Source: Thainema sp.
GTDB lineage: Bacteria; Cyanobacteriota; Cyanobacteriia; Phormidesmidales; Phormidesmidaceae
Length of the DNA stretch: 37,821 nucleotides
Assembly: GCA_052168235.1 (NCBI GenBank)
Contig: JBQLZK010000067.1
Coordinates: 1-37,821, forward strand
Direction: 5' to 3'
Below, piece by piece: positions 24,524 to 34,213 of the stretch. The notes beneath the pieces are model-generated. The model saw only the letters and a list, made by a program, of their open reading frames with translations, was not told the DNA's origin and did not search any database. Both the position numbers and the translations under genes were made by a program. Every line of letters begins with the position of its first letter. Position 1 is the first letter of the stretch.

Positions 24524-25243
24524 TTATGAAGATTGCTGCTGTCCGTATACAGACCAAATATTATCAAACTTTGCTTTGAAATCTGAAAGGAATGATAATC
24601 CTTCTATCGAATTTCTCGTTGCCACATAAGTAAGCTCAGGGCCAGGATGATCAGATGAAATACCATAAAATCCAAAATACAAGGACTTTTCGTCAATAAT
24701 CATGCAATGAAATGTAGGTGGAAAATCATAAAAACCAAATGATATTTTTGATATCCGACCTTTTGCTTGAAGTGTCTTTAAGTTATGTATTACTCCCTGT
24801 ATTTCAAAAGATAGTCGATTTTGCTCTTCTTTTTCAAATGGAAGCTTGGCTGTATCTAATTTATTCGGGTCTCTAAGTAACACCTTGAGATGTTCAATCT
24901 TAACTTTACTTTCACGTATGGCCGGGAAGTATAATACCGCAGTACTAGCAAAAATTTTGACTGATCTATGCTCTCGCTCTTCTATAAGCAGGTTAATTAT
25001 TTCCTGCACAAAGCTATTTGAAGCTTTAAGTCCTACTTGATCTTTCTCTGTAAGCTTCTCATCCAAAAAACGAAATATTGTTAGTAGCACAAGGGCGATC
25101 ATCATTAATGAGCCTCGCGCACTCATGAAACTAGCAACTTGAGGATTGAATATCGATAAAAACTGTAGAAAGAAGAATGAAAATAGGATGAGGTAAATTA
25201 CCTGCTTTTCTATTCGTTTCCAAAGCGTCTTCAGTTCTGTCAT
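24524..25243 (-). CDS. Two-TM protein with C-terminal alpha/beta domain (DUF5919/PLD-fold-like), inserted antisense between hsdS and hsdR
   Basis: Two N-terminal hydrophobic helices; KVLLRDP..FYDFPPTFHCMIIDEKSLYFGFY; AT-rich relative to hsdM/hsdR. Confidence 0.65.
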   Translation of the reverse strand: MTELKTLWKRIEKQVIYLILFSFFFLQFLSIFNPQVASFMSARGSLMMIALVLLTIFRFLDEKLTEKDQVGLKASNSFVQEIINLLIEEREHRSVKIFASTAVLYFPAIRESKVKIEHLKVLLRDPNKLDTAKLPFEKEEQNRLSFEIQGVIHNLKTLQAKGRISKISFGFYDFPPTFHCMIIDEKSLYFGFYGISSDHPGPELTYVATRNSIEGLSFLSDFKAKFDNIWSVYGQQQSS

Positions 25244-25442
25244 GATTCAACCTTAAATATCACATGATTATCTTATCCGTAAAATAAATATAGACCGTAG
25301 GCTAAGAAACCTCAGCTTTAAAGTGACAAAGGAAAATGCTTTACTCCTTCAAGACACTTTAGCGTCGATAACTTTATCAACAACTCCGGATAAATCACTT
25401 GTTTCTGGGAATCATAAATAGGTGATTACCCCTCTCGACCTC

Positions 25443-28400
25443 ATGAGCAAATCCACCACTGAAGACCAAATCGAACAATACAACCTCGAACTGCTCGATA
25501 CCCTTGGCTATCGCTACACCCACGGAGCCACCATTGCCCCAGACGACACCGACATTGGCAACAGCTTTCGAGCCAGCGACAGCTCCAGTGGTGCTTACCT
25601 CAGCATTGAACCCCGCCAAAGCTTCAGCGACGTACTGCTTAAAGACCGCCTCACCGCTGCCATTAGCCGCATCAACCCCCACATTCCCGCCGACATCCGC
25701 AACCAGGCTCAGCGCGAACTGCAAAACATCGCCAGCCCCGACCTGATCACCAACAACGAAACCTTTCACCGCTACCTCACCGAAGGCATCACCGTCGAAT
25801 ACACCTCTGTCAGATCTGGGGGCGAAACCAAAGGCGAACAGCTCTGGCTGATTGACTGGAACACCCCCGACAACAACGAATTCCTCGCGGTAAATCAGTT
25901 CACCATCATCGAAGATAACCACAACCGCCGCCCCGATATCATCCTCTTCATTAACGGGCTGCCCCTGGTCGTCATCGAACTGAAAAACGCCGCCGATGCC
26001 AAAGCCGATCTGCACGCCGCCTGGAACCAGCTCCAAACCTATAAACGCGAGATTCCCAGCCTCTTCACCTACAACGCCCTGCTGGTGATCTCCGATGGCA
26101 TCTCCGCCCGTGTCGGTTCGCTCTCCGCTCCCTATAGCCGCTTCAGCCAGTGGAAACGAAAACTTCCCGACGGCAGCATCGACAACAATCCCGATACCAA
26201 CGAACTCGAAATTCTCGTGCAGGGAATACTCAATAAGCATACTCTGCTCGACCTGATCCGCCACTTCACCGTCTTTGAAAAAGTCAAAACCGTCGATCCC
26301 AAAACCGATGTTGTAAACCTGCAAACTATCAAAAAGATCGGAGCCTATCACCAGTACTACGCCGTTAATAAAGCCGTCGAAACCGTCATCGCCGCCACCC
26401 ACTCCAACCATCGCGGCGGAGTCGTTTGGCATACCCAAGGCAGCGGCAAATCCCTCTCAATGGTCTTCCTCAGCGGCAAATTGGTTCTCGCCCTCAATAA
26501 CCCCACCCTCGTTATCCTCACCGATCGCAACGACCTCGACGATCAGCTCTTCGATACCTTCGCTGGATGTCGCCAGCTCCTGCGCCAAGACCCCCAACAG
26601 GCCAACGACCGCACCGCCGTGCGTGACCTGCTCAACATCGCCTCCGGCGGCATCGTCTTTACCACCCTTCAGAAATTCGCCCCCGAAGAAGGCGAAACCC
26701 TCTATCCCAAAATCTGCGATCGCACCAACATCGTTGTCCTCGCCGACGAAGCCCACCGCAGTCAGTACGGCTTCAAAGCCAAGCAAGTTACGCTCAAAGA
26801 CGAAGACGGCAACGAAATCGGTAAGCAGACCCGCTATGGTTTCGCCAAATACATCCGCGATGCGCTGCCCAATGCCACCTTCGTCGGCTTCACTGGCACT
26901 CCCGTCGAGCAAACCGACAAAAACACTCCCGAGATCTTTGGCGGCTACATCGACATCTACGACATCGCCCAGGCCGTGGAAGACGGAGCCACCGTCCCCA
27001 TCTACTATGAAAGTCGTCTCGTCAAAGTAGACCTCGACGAGCAAGGGCGAGAACTGCTAGAAGAACTGGACGAAGATCTCAGCTTTGAAGACCTCAGCGC
27101 TACCCAGCAGGCCAAAGCAAAGCAAACCCAGCTCGAAGCAATTGTTGGCTCCTCCAAGCGCCTTCAAAACATCGCCGAAGACATCGTCACCCACTTTGAA
27201 AAGCGCCAAACCGCCAATCGCGGCAAAGGCATGATCGTCACCCTCAGCCGCCAGATTGCCGCCAACCTCTACGACAACATCATCCAACTGCGCCCCAACT
27301 GGCACAGCGACGATAAGAACACAGGCAAAATCAAAGTCGTCATGACCGCCAGCGCTTCTGACGAAGGCAATCTCGTCCAGCACCACACCAGCAAAAAAGA
27401 CCGCCAGATCCTGGCTCAACGGCTCAAAGACCCCGACAACGAGCTGGAACTCGTCATCGTCTGCGACATGTGGCTGACCGGGTTCGATGCCCCCTGTCTG
27501 CACACCATGTACATCGATAAACCTATGAAAGGCCACAACCTGATGCAGGCGATTGCTCGTATCAACCGCGTCTACTTTGAAAAGCAGGGCGGCTTAATTG
27601 TGGACTATCTGGGGGTTGCCACCGAACTCAAAAATGCTCTGTCCTTCTACTCCAAGAGCGGTGGCAAAGGCGATCTCACCCTTGACCAAGAAATTGCCGT
27701 TGGCCTGATGCTGACCAAACTAGAAGTCGTCGAAGGCATCATGGAAGGCTTCAACTATCAGCCGTATTTCACAGCCAGCACCGGCGACAAACTGACCCTG
27801 CTCAAATCAGCCACCAACTATGTCGCCGATCCCCAACGCAAAGACCGCTTCCTTGATGCCGTTACCGCTCTCTCTAAAACCTATGCTCTCATTGCTCACC
27901 ATCCAGAAGCCGTCACCAAAGCCGAAGAAATCTCCTTCTTCCAAGCCATCCAAGCCAGTCTCCGCAAACTCGAACCGAGCGACGGTAGCCTCAGCAATAC
28001 CGAAATCGAAACCGCCATTCGTCAAGTCGTTGATCAGGCGTTAGTTTCCGACACCGTCATCAATATCTTCGACGAGGCCGGTCTAAATAATCCAGATGTC
28101 TCCGTCATCTCCGACGAATTCCTGGAAGAAGTCGAAGGCATGGAGCATAAAAACCTCGCCGTGGAAATGCTCAAACGCCTGCTGCGTGACGAAATCAAAG
28201 CCCAGCGCCGCACCAACATTGTCCAAAGCCGCAAACTAACCGACATGTTAGAAGATGCGCTGCGTCGCTATAAAAATCAGGTGATCAGCGTAACCGACGT
28301 ACTGCAAGAACTGATTGAAATCAGCAAAGACGTGCAATCCGCTAAGCAGCGCGGCGAAGAACTCGGACTCGAACCCTATGAACTCGCCTTCTACGATGCC

Positions 28401-28673
28401 TTAGCCCAAAACCAGAGCGCCCATGAGGTCATGGGCCAAGACAAACTGCGAGAACTTGCGATCGCGCTTGTGGGTCGCGTCCGCAAAAATGCGTCTATCG
28501 ACTGGAACCTGAAAGAAAGCGTCCGCGCTCGCATGAAAGTTATGGTGAAACGGCTGCTCCGGCAATATGGTTATCCCCCCGACATGCAGGCCCTCGCGAT
28601 TGAGCTTGTGTTGGAGCAGGCTAAGGTATTCACTGAATTTGAAGTGGAAACGAGTCAGGCTAGTTCTTCGTGA
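25443..28673 (+). CDS. hsdR: Type I R-M restriction subunit
   Basis: RPDIILFINGLPLVVIELK nuclease motif, HTQGSGKS, DEAHRSQYG, FTGTP, MWLTGFD, QAIARINR. ATG 25443 preferred over GTG 25422. Confidence 0.96.
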   Translation: MSKSTTEDQIEQYNLELLDTLGYRYTHGATIAPDDTDIGNSFRASDSSSGAYLSIEPRQSFSDVLLKDRLTAAISRINPHIPADIRNQAQRELQNIASPDLITNNETFHRYLTEGITVEYTSVRSGGETKGEQLWLIDWNTPDNNEFLAVNQFTIIEDNHNRRPDIILFINGLPLVVIELKNAADAKADLHAAWNQLQTYKREIPSLFTYNALLVISDGISARVGSLSAPYSRFSQWKRKLPDGSIDNNPDTNELEILVQGILNKHTLLDLIRHFTVFEKVKTVDPKTDVVNLQTIKKIGAYHQYYAVNKAVETVIAATHSNHRGGVVWHTQGSGKSLSMVFLSGKLVLALNNPTLVILTDRNDLDDQLFDTFAGCRQLLRQDPQQANDRTAVRDLLNIASGGIVFTTLQKFAPEEGETLYPKICDRTNIVVLADEAHRSQYGFKAKQVTLKDEDGNEIGKQTRYGFAKYIRDALPNATFVGFTGTPVEQTDKNTPEIFGGYIDIYDIAQAVEDGATVPIYYESRLVKVDLDEQGRELLEELDEDLSFEDLSATQQAKAKQTQLEAIVGSSKRLQNIAEDIVTHFEKRQTANRGKGMIVTLSRQIAANLYDNIIQLRPNWHSDDKNTGKIKVVMTASASDEGNLVQHHTSKKDRQILAQRLKDPDNELELVIVCDMWLTGFDAPCLHTMYIDKPMKGHNLMQAIARINRVYFEKQGGLIVDYLGVATELKNALSFYSKSGGKGDLTLDQEIAVGLMLTKLEVVEGIMEGFNYQPYFTASTGDKLTLLKSATNYVADPQRKDRFLDAVTALSKTYALIAHHPEAVTKAEEISFFQAIQASLRKLEPSDGSLSNTEIETAIRQVVDQALVSDTVINIFDEAGLNNPDVSVISDEFLEEVEGMEHKNLAVEMLKRLLRDEIKAQRRTNIVQSRKLTDMLEDALRRYKNQVISVTDVLQELIEISKDVQSAKQRGEELGLEPYELAFYDALAQNQSAHEVMGQDKLRELAIALVGRVRKNASIDWNLKESVRARMKVMVKRLLRQYGYPPDMQALAIELVLEQAKVFTEFEVETSQASSS

Positions 28674-28818
28674 ATTGAGCTGATAAGCAAGATTTGAATG
28701 TGCGATCGCGCAACATAACTACATCAAAATCCTGCTCAAATCTTTTTTGTGGTGCAGTGGCTATAATGTAGCAGCATCTTAGTTGCAGATGTTTTCACCA
28801 CTTAAATATTAGGCTTTC

Positions 28819-28857
28819 CAAAGGGAGCCCGCGCCAGCGGGCTCCCTTTGCTGTTTT
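28819..28857 (+). terminator. Strong 14-bp hairpin terminator
   Basis: CAAAGGGAGCCCGC-GCCA-GCGGGCTCCCTTTG followed by CTGTTTT. Confidence 0.75.
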
Positions 28858-28911
28858 AGGACTACATGCATCCCGCTTTATTTTTCCGTTCTAACTATTG
28901 GAGTTCTACTG

Positions 28912-29232
28912 ATGTCTCACAAATCTAATCGTCGAACTCGCAAACCAAATGAAATTAAACCTGTTCAAAAAGGCCACAAATCTCAAAGAGGTGTGCCTGA
29001 ACTCTACGATGAACCAAAAAAATCAACCAGTTATGGACTGACCTCAACGGGTAAAGTCGGGATCTCAATCTTGGCTCAGCATCACGCTCTATCAGCCAGT
29101 GAGCTAATCGAGCAGATTGGCAGAGGCTATCTCATCATCATATCTATTGAGGAGCTAGCACTTATTCAAGAGCCAATTAAATCTAACATCCTATCTAACC
29201 AACCTAATCTTCTAAATTATGAACACCAATAA
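28912..29232 (+). CDS. Small CopG/RHH-like DNA-binding protein
   Basis: RGVPELYDEPKKSTSYGLT..LAQHHALSASELIEQIGRG strand-helix-helix pattern; GGAG RBS. Confidence 0.6.
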   Translation: MSHKSNRRTRKPNEIKPVQKGHKSQRGVPELYDEPKKSTSYGLTSTGKVGISILAQHHALSASELIEQIGRGYLIIISIEELALIQEPIKSNILSNQPNLLNYEHQ

Positions 29233-29560
29233 AGCCATCAGACAGAACATTCAGCTTTTATTGAAGAGCAGTTTTATGTTGATAATTAAACATTTTTATA
29301 TTGATTATTTTCCAGAAAAAATTGGCTATTCACCTTATAAATATAGGCTTTTCAGATTCAGTTTTATTGATGAAATAGGCGACTCAATAACCGGCATATG
29401 ATGGTACATAGAGCTTTTTACCAATATAAAATGATTGATGAATTTATTTTCTTGATCATATCAAATTGTCCATTTGATAAATCCGTAGCTCTTATGCAGG
29501 AGCTAATCATAAACACCCTGTTTTCTGACTCACGCTACATCTAATTAGGAGGTTCAATAA

Positions 29561-31675
29561 ATGACTAAAACCAACCATCCAACCAATATCCTGGAAGTTC
29601 TTGTGCTCTATTTTGCAGAGCTAGAAACACAGTACTCTCCCAAACAGGCTCAGAGTATCCAAAATGAAACCCGTAGTGCCTTATTCCGGTTTGTCGCTCC
29701 ACATCTAGGCTTAAAACGCGATCCTAATGCTCGTCGAATGACAAAAGCCGAAATTCAACAGGCTGAAGCAGTTCTGGCTCAAGCCTCGGTCCGCTGGTTA
29801 CCCAAACTCATGCAGTTTGCTGAACGGTCGTTCCGCGAGCAGCAAACACCCAAATCGGTTCAGCAAACCTATGGGACACGAATTCAACAGTTACTCAATA
29901 GTGCTGAAAAGCAGATTTGGTATCCTGGCAACCGCATCCAGCACAATAAGTTCGCCCATGAGTGTGCTGATCCATTGCCACGTAAGTTTGGTCGTCCAAC
30001 TGATTATTTGCTGGTTCCTGAGAAGAAGGGATTGCAGATCAAAGAATACAGCTTGCAGCCCCATGAGATTTCTCCCCAGCTGCAAGCTCAACTGGATCAG
30101 TTTTTAGCATTCATTTGCGATCGCAACTACGTTGACCGCGTCATCAAACCGATTGATCCAGAACGAGCTGATGACCACGTCAATGCGATCCGTCTATTCC
30201 TCGGCTGGTGGAAGCATGTTAAACAGCCATCCCTAACCGTGAACGAACTCAGCCTAGATTTGATTGTTCCAAAGCTCACGGATGCTGATCTAGACGATCT
30301 AACGCCATCACAGCGGAAGCAGAAGTGGCGGCAGGTCAATCGAGAGTTGAAACAGTGGATTCTTGACTACTTCAATTTTCTGGAAGTGTCAGCCAAGTCC
30401 TATTCTCCCCGTACACGAGAGAATAAGCTGACTCAAATTCTCAAGGTGGCTTACTTTCAATATGCTTCTGAAGTGGAGCATTATTCAGAATATGAGGCGA
30501 TTCCGCTGTTTGGTGCGCTGCGGGGATTACAAAAGGACTATCGAGACCAGGTTAAGGAATGGACTCGAAATCGGCGGTTTGTCGCCAATCAAGTTAAGAA
30601 ATGGCCGGACTTACCGGAGGGAAAAACCGCGCTAGCTGTCCTCAAGGAAGGCTTATTTGAGCATCTGCGACGACGATGTCGTCCCCGGACGGCCAATGCG
30701 GTGCTCCATCAGCCACTACCCCAAGCTCAATTTTTAGCCACCTTTTTACTCTGGGCCGAGATGCTGCTCGAACCCCCTCGACGGCAGCAAGAGCTGCGCA
30801 CCCGCCGTATTGCACTGGCTTGCAATATCAAACGACCGGAGAGCGTACCGCCTGATGGGCTTTACCATCCGCTACCACCGGAGGAACTCCGACAACGAAA
30901 TCAGGATGGTCTGATCGTCGATAACTATCTTTGTCACGTCTATACACACAATGGACGGCACTATCCCGATGGGGTTTGGATCAAACAAGTGCGCAAGTAC
31001 AAAACTCATAAGCATCATGGTCCACAGGATATTGTGATCCACAATCGACCCCTGGGCGATGGCTTGCAGCTTTACGACTATATCGAGCGTTATCTCTATG
31101 GCGACTGGTATAGCGGCAACCTCAAGAACTCCATCACCTATGACTGGTGGGATAGTGATCTCCAAAATCAACGCGGAAAGTGGCTGACTAAAGGGCTCTT
31201 AGAGTTTGAACCGCTGACACATCCGCTCACACAAGAAGCGCAAGACTGGCCGTGGACGTGGATGTTTTGCATTCCGAGGACAGGAAAGCCGCATACGCGC
31301 GATAGTCTGTCGGATCTATTCGATCGATCCAGCCATCAGTGGATTGGCAAGCGGATTACGCCTCATACACTCCGCTATATCTGGGCGACCTGGGCATTTC
31401 AGGTAGGAATGGCTGACGCGGAAATACATTCCTTGGCCTATGCGATGGGTTCAACCTATGACACCTTACGCAAATGGTATGAACGGTCAACGCCAGAGGA
31501 CAAGCGCCGTCCCATTGAGGAAGCCATCGATCTATATTTCTATGACGTGCTGGGGCAATATCAAGCGGACGAGTTGAAAGATGCCAGTCCGAAGTTAAAG
31601 CAGGCATTGCGCTTGATCCAGCAATTATCGTCGTCGGAGCGACTGATGCTGACATCGCTAATTCAGGCCAGTTAA
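29561..31675 (+). CDS. Large (704 aa) divergent tyrosine recombinase-family protein
   Basis: PRRQQELR (R), YKTHKHHG (K), PHTLRYIWAT (HxxR), AMGSTYDTLRKWY (Ser at the His/Trp position; Tyr nucleophile); AGGAGG RBS. Confidence 0.78.
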   Translation: MTKTNHPTNILEVLVLYFAELETQYSPKQAQSIQNETRSALFRFVAPHLGLKRDPNARRMTKAEIQQAEAVLAQASVRWLPKLMQFAERSFREQQTPKSVQQTYGTRIQQLLNSAEKQIWYPGNRIQHNKFAHECADPLPRKFGRPTDYLLVPEKKGLQIKEYSLQPHEISPQLQAQLDQFLAFICDRNYVDRVIKPIDPERADDHVNAIRLFLGWWKHVKQPSLTVNELSLDLIVPKLTDADLDDLTPSQRKQKWRQVNRELKQWILDYFNFLEVSAKSYSPRTRENKLTQILKVAYFQYASEVEHYSEYEAIPLFGALRGLQKDYRDQVKEWTRNRRFVANQVKKWPDLPEGKTALAVLKEGLFEHLRRRCRPRTANAVLHQPLPQAQFLATFLLWAEMLLEPPRRQQELRTRRIALACNIKRPESVPPDGLYHPLPPEELRQRNQDGLIVDNYLCHVYTHNGRHYPDGVWIKQVRKYKTHKHHGPQDIVIHNRPLGDGLQLYDYIERYLYGDWYSGNLKNSITYDWWDSDLQNQRGKWLTKGLLEFEPLTHPLTQEAQDWPWTWMFCIPRTGKPHTRDSLSDLFDRSSHQWIGKRITPHTLRYIWATWAFQVGMADAEIHSLAYAMGSTYDTLRKWYERSTPEDKRRPIEEAIDLYFYDVLGQYQADELKDASPKLKQALRLIQQLSSSERLMLTSLIQAS

Positions 31676-31746
31676 AGTCATGAAACCACACTCTTATAAG
31701 GGATTTAGCCCAGCCCGGTGCAAGGCTAAATCCCTGTGTTTAGAAA

Positions 31747-31804
31747 ATCGCTTAATTTCCAACTAAAGTCCGGATATATCGGTGGAGTTCTTCAGACTAA
31801 CGCG
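31747..31804 (+). promoter_or_regulatory. Possible degenerate glnA-type (glutamine) riboswitch-like leader
   Basis: 58-nt element bounded by ATCGCTT and AACGCG with internal stems, upstream of a DUF4278 gene. The GGAAGTA/GAAG core is not intact. Confidence 0.3.
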
Positions 31805-31844
31805 GCACACTAAAACACATCAAGCCCAGCACAGGAGCCCCACC

Positions 31845-32066
31845 ATGCAACTCACCTATCGCGGCCAAGCTTACTCCATCTCCACCACTGCCCAGCCCGT
31901 GATTCTGTCTGAACAAGAAATCGCCACCACCTACCGTGGTGTGCAGACTACAACCAAGCAGTATCAGTTTCAGACCAATACGCTGAAGAATCCCAACTGG
32001 CGCACCATGCGATTCCTCGGCAAGCGGTATTTAGCTCAGCCGACTTCCGTTCTTGGCTTAGCTTAA
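31845..32066 (+). CDS. DUF4278-family small protein
   Basis: MQLTYRGQAY..TYRGV..RFLGKRY; AGGAG RBS before ATG 31845. Confidence 0.82.
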   Translation: MQLTYRGQAYSISTTAQPVILSEQEIATTYRGVQTTTKQYQFQTNTLKNPNWRTMRFLGKRYLAQPTSVLGLA

Positions 32067-32118
32067 TGCCCCTCTTTCTTTTCTAATGACCAAACCACAC
32101 TTCTAGATATCTGAACCT

Positions 32119-32146
32119 GTGCCCATCGACACGATGGGCATTTTTT
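32119..32146 (+). terminator. Intrinsic terminator
   Basis: GTGCCCATCG-ACA-CGATGGGCAT stem followed by a T run. Confidence 0.8.
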
Positions 32147-32204
32147 GTGGAACGATGTGCGATCGCACATCTGACTAGCAGACCGATAAACTGGGTCTAA
32201 CAAG

Positions 32205-33797
32205 CTACTGCATCATATTGGCCTCAGTCAGTTTGTGACCTGTCATGCGATGCAGCAACTGTTGCCAAATCTTAGGCTTAACCTCCTCCTGCCGAATTCG
32301 ATGCCCTTTTCCAAATAAAGCATTCAGCCAATGGCTCTTGGGAATTTCTAGAGCACGGATATCATCGCCACTGACAATTAGCTCAGTAGGGATAGCTGTT
32401 CCTTCAACTGCTCTAGGCTCATCTGGCTCCGAATGCACGAGCTGTAACGCTGTGCCTGGTAATAGATGCCAGGCTCCACCTAGTAGAAAGTCAAGTTCAT
32501 AGACTTGACGATCCAATGCATCGTAGGTAATCCCTCTGATTGTCTGCTTCATGCCATGAAACCGAGTACCTGGCATTTGAATAACGACCATGTCTCCGGG
32601 CTTAAACAGGGACTCCCCTGAATTAGAGGTAGATATGCTTTCCTGAGCTGAGCTGAAATTTTCAGTTACTACTTCTTCCTTTGTGGATCGGTCTGACGGC
32701 TTCCGGTTTCTGCCCTCGGCTTCCGGTTTCGATTTATTTGTTCTTTCTTCAGCCTCCTTAGTTTCTTTCTCTTTAGTTTCAACAATCCCAACATCAATGC
32801 CGACGGCTTTTTCTTCTTCTTTTATTCGTTTCTTCAGATCCTTCTTTTTCCAGCCCTGTTTAATCATTTCAATGTCATCAAAGTTATACACATTAGTTGA
32901 GAGTTGGAACACAGCTTTTCCATAGTTGTAGTTCCGGATCATCTCTTTCGCACTCATGTGTGCACCTTCGATCGTTAATGCATTGAAGACCGTTTTCCAG
33001 TTTCTGGGCGAGTCATCCGTTTTAACGGCGAGTTGGGTTTTTTGAATTTGTTTTCCGATTGCCTCCTGCTTTAAACGAGAGAGTCGCGATCGCACGGTTC
33101 GGTCAGAAACTTCGAGATGTTCCGCGACCCGTTCTTGAGATACGCCATACGGAAGGAAGTCTCTAGAGACGAATGTACATCTTGGTCCCTGATAGATGAT
33201 GTGTGTTTCAGCACCCCAATTCTGGCACTGTTTCTGTCGACTATCAGCGAACAGTTTGTCTATCGGTGTAACTTGCCGTTTTTCGTCTGTGTCTTCCTGT
33301 TTTGTATGTCTGGTAGCTGCAATGACGCTTGACCGTTGTAGTGCTTCGGTCTGAACTTCAGTGGCAGCAATACTTAAATGGGTGAGCCGTTCTAGTGGAA
33401 TACGGCCAAACGAACCAAGGTGCTCTTTGCCTTGCTCGAATGCAATTCTGGCCTCTGATTTGTAGCGGACGAGAACGTTGTCACCTTTGATCTTCACGTT
33501 CCAAAAGAAGCCATTATGGAGGCCCTGATAGAGGTTTTTCCGGACGGTTGCTGGTGTTTTGTTCAGATGCTGAGCTGCTTTAGTTAGGCTAAATTGAGCC
33601 CAGCCAGAACCAGCTTTAGAGCCGATGGCGTCTTTACTGTCATGATGACGTGCGAGGTAGTACTCTGCTGCTCCACCTCTCAGGTTCCCAATTACGGATG
33701 AGATAGACACCATCGGAGTAGTGGTCTTGGTTGTGCAATTAGTGTCTGTTGCTTGTGGGCTTTGGGAGGATTGATTAGTAAATAACTGTTGTTTCAT
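32205..33797 (-). CDS. Two-HTH DNA-binding protein (530 aa), candidate replication initiator
   Basis: HTH-like SLTKAAQHLNKTPATVRKNL and VSQERVAEHLEVSDRTVRSRL; KOW-like FKPGDMVVI; AAGGAG RBS. The Rep role is inferred by elimination. Confidence 0.55.
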   Translation of the reverse strand: MKQQLFTNQSSQSPQATDTNCTTKTTTPMVSISSVIGNLRGGAAEYYLARHHDSKDAIGSKAGSGWAQFSLTKAAQHLNKTPATVRKNLYQGLHNGFFWNVKIKGDNVLVRYKSEARIAFEQGKEHLGSFGRIPLERLTHLSIAATEVQTEALQRSSVIAATRHTKQEDTDEKRQVTPIDKLFADSRQKQCQNWGAETHIIYQGPRCTFVSRDFLPYGVSQERVAEHLEVSDRTVRSRLSRLKQEAIGKQIQKTQLAVKTDDSPRNWKTVFNALTIEGAHMSAKEMIRNYNYGKAVFQLSTNVYNFDDIEMIKQGWKKKDLKKRIKEEEKAVGIDVGIVETKEKETKEAEERTNKSKPEAEGRNRKPSDRSTKEEVVTENFSSAQESISTSNSGESLFKPGDMVVIQMPGTRFHGMKQTIRGITYDALDRQVYELDFLLGGAWHLLPGTALQLVHSEPDEPRAVEGTAIPTELIVSGDDIRALEIPKSHWLNALFGKGHRIRQEEVKPKIWQQLLHRMTGHKLTEANMMQ

Positions 33798-33874
33798 ATC
33801 GATCTCCTTGAAGTGATATTGGAGATGAAGGACATTGAAGACCTCCTATCGCGTTGTATGAGCAACGAGGTGGG

Positions 33875-34213
33875 TCAAAGTGGTGTGCACAACGTAAGGG
33901 TGGCTATGTCTTCTCTGTATTGAGATTTGATGCGGGTGCATAATTGGCAGAGCCTAAATTCCTTGAGGAACGTTGGGGCGGATGTCTTAGCCTCGTGGTT
34001 TGTTTTTTTCTGTTCAGCCTGCTGAAAGCGACTCCACATTATGCATGTTTCGTTCTGAAAATCTTTTTCTACCGCTGTCGCTTCAACGCGTATTTTGCAA
34101 TATGTGACTCGGTTAAATGCGCTGAACGGTTTGTTTATCAATGGATACAGGCTGAACTGCGACCTGAATGTACACAGTTCAAATTCATTGACTGATTCAA
34201 TAGCTAATGTCAT
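33875..34213 (-). CDS. Hypothetical protein (112 aa) upstream of the candidate rep
   Basis: AAGGAG RBS 9 nt before ATG 34213 (MTLAIESVNEF..); co-oriented with the 530-aa gene. Confidence 0.45.
   Translation of the reverse strand: MTLAIESVNEFELCTFRSQFSLYPLINKPFSAFNRVTYCKIRVEATAVEKDFQNETCIMWSRFQQAEQKKTNHEAKTSAPTFLKEFRLCQLCTRIKSQYREDIATLTLCTPL

Noticed and set aside
21450..28246. Long antisense and alternate-frame ORFs over hsdM and hsdR (e.g. 21450-22346, 25395-26438, 26457-27044)
   Set aside because: Shadow ORFs caused by strong codon bias in well-supported genes.
29219..29401. 60-aa ORF after the RHH-like gene
   Set aside because: Very AT-rich, with no recognisable motif or RBS; not supportable.
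29561..31675. Protelomerase of a linear plasmid
   Set aside because: The HTLR motif is integrase-like, the assembly is circular with an ORF across the join, and the long palindromes are associated with par.
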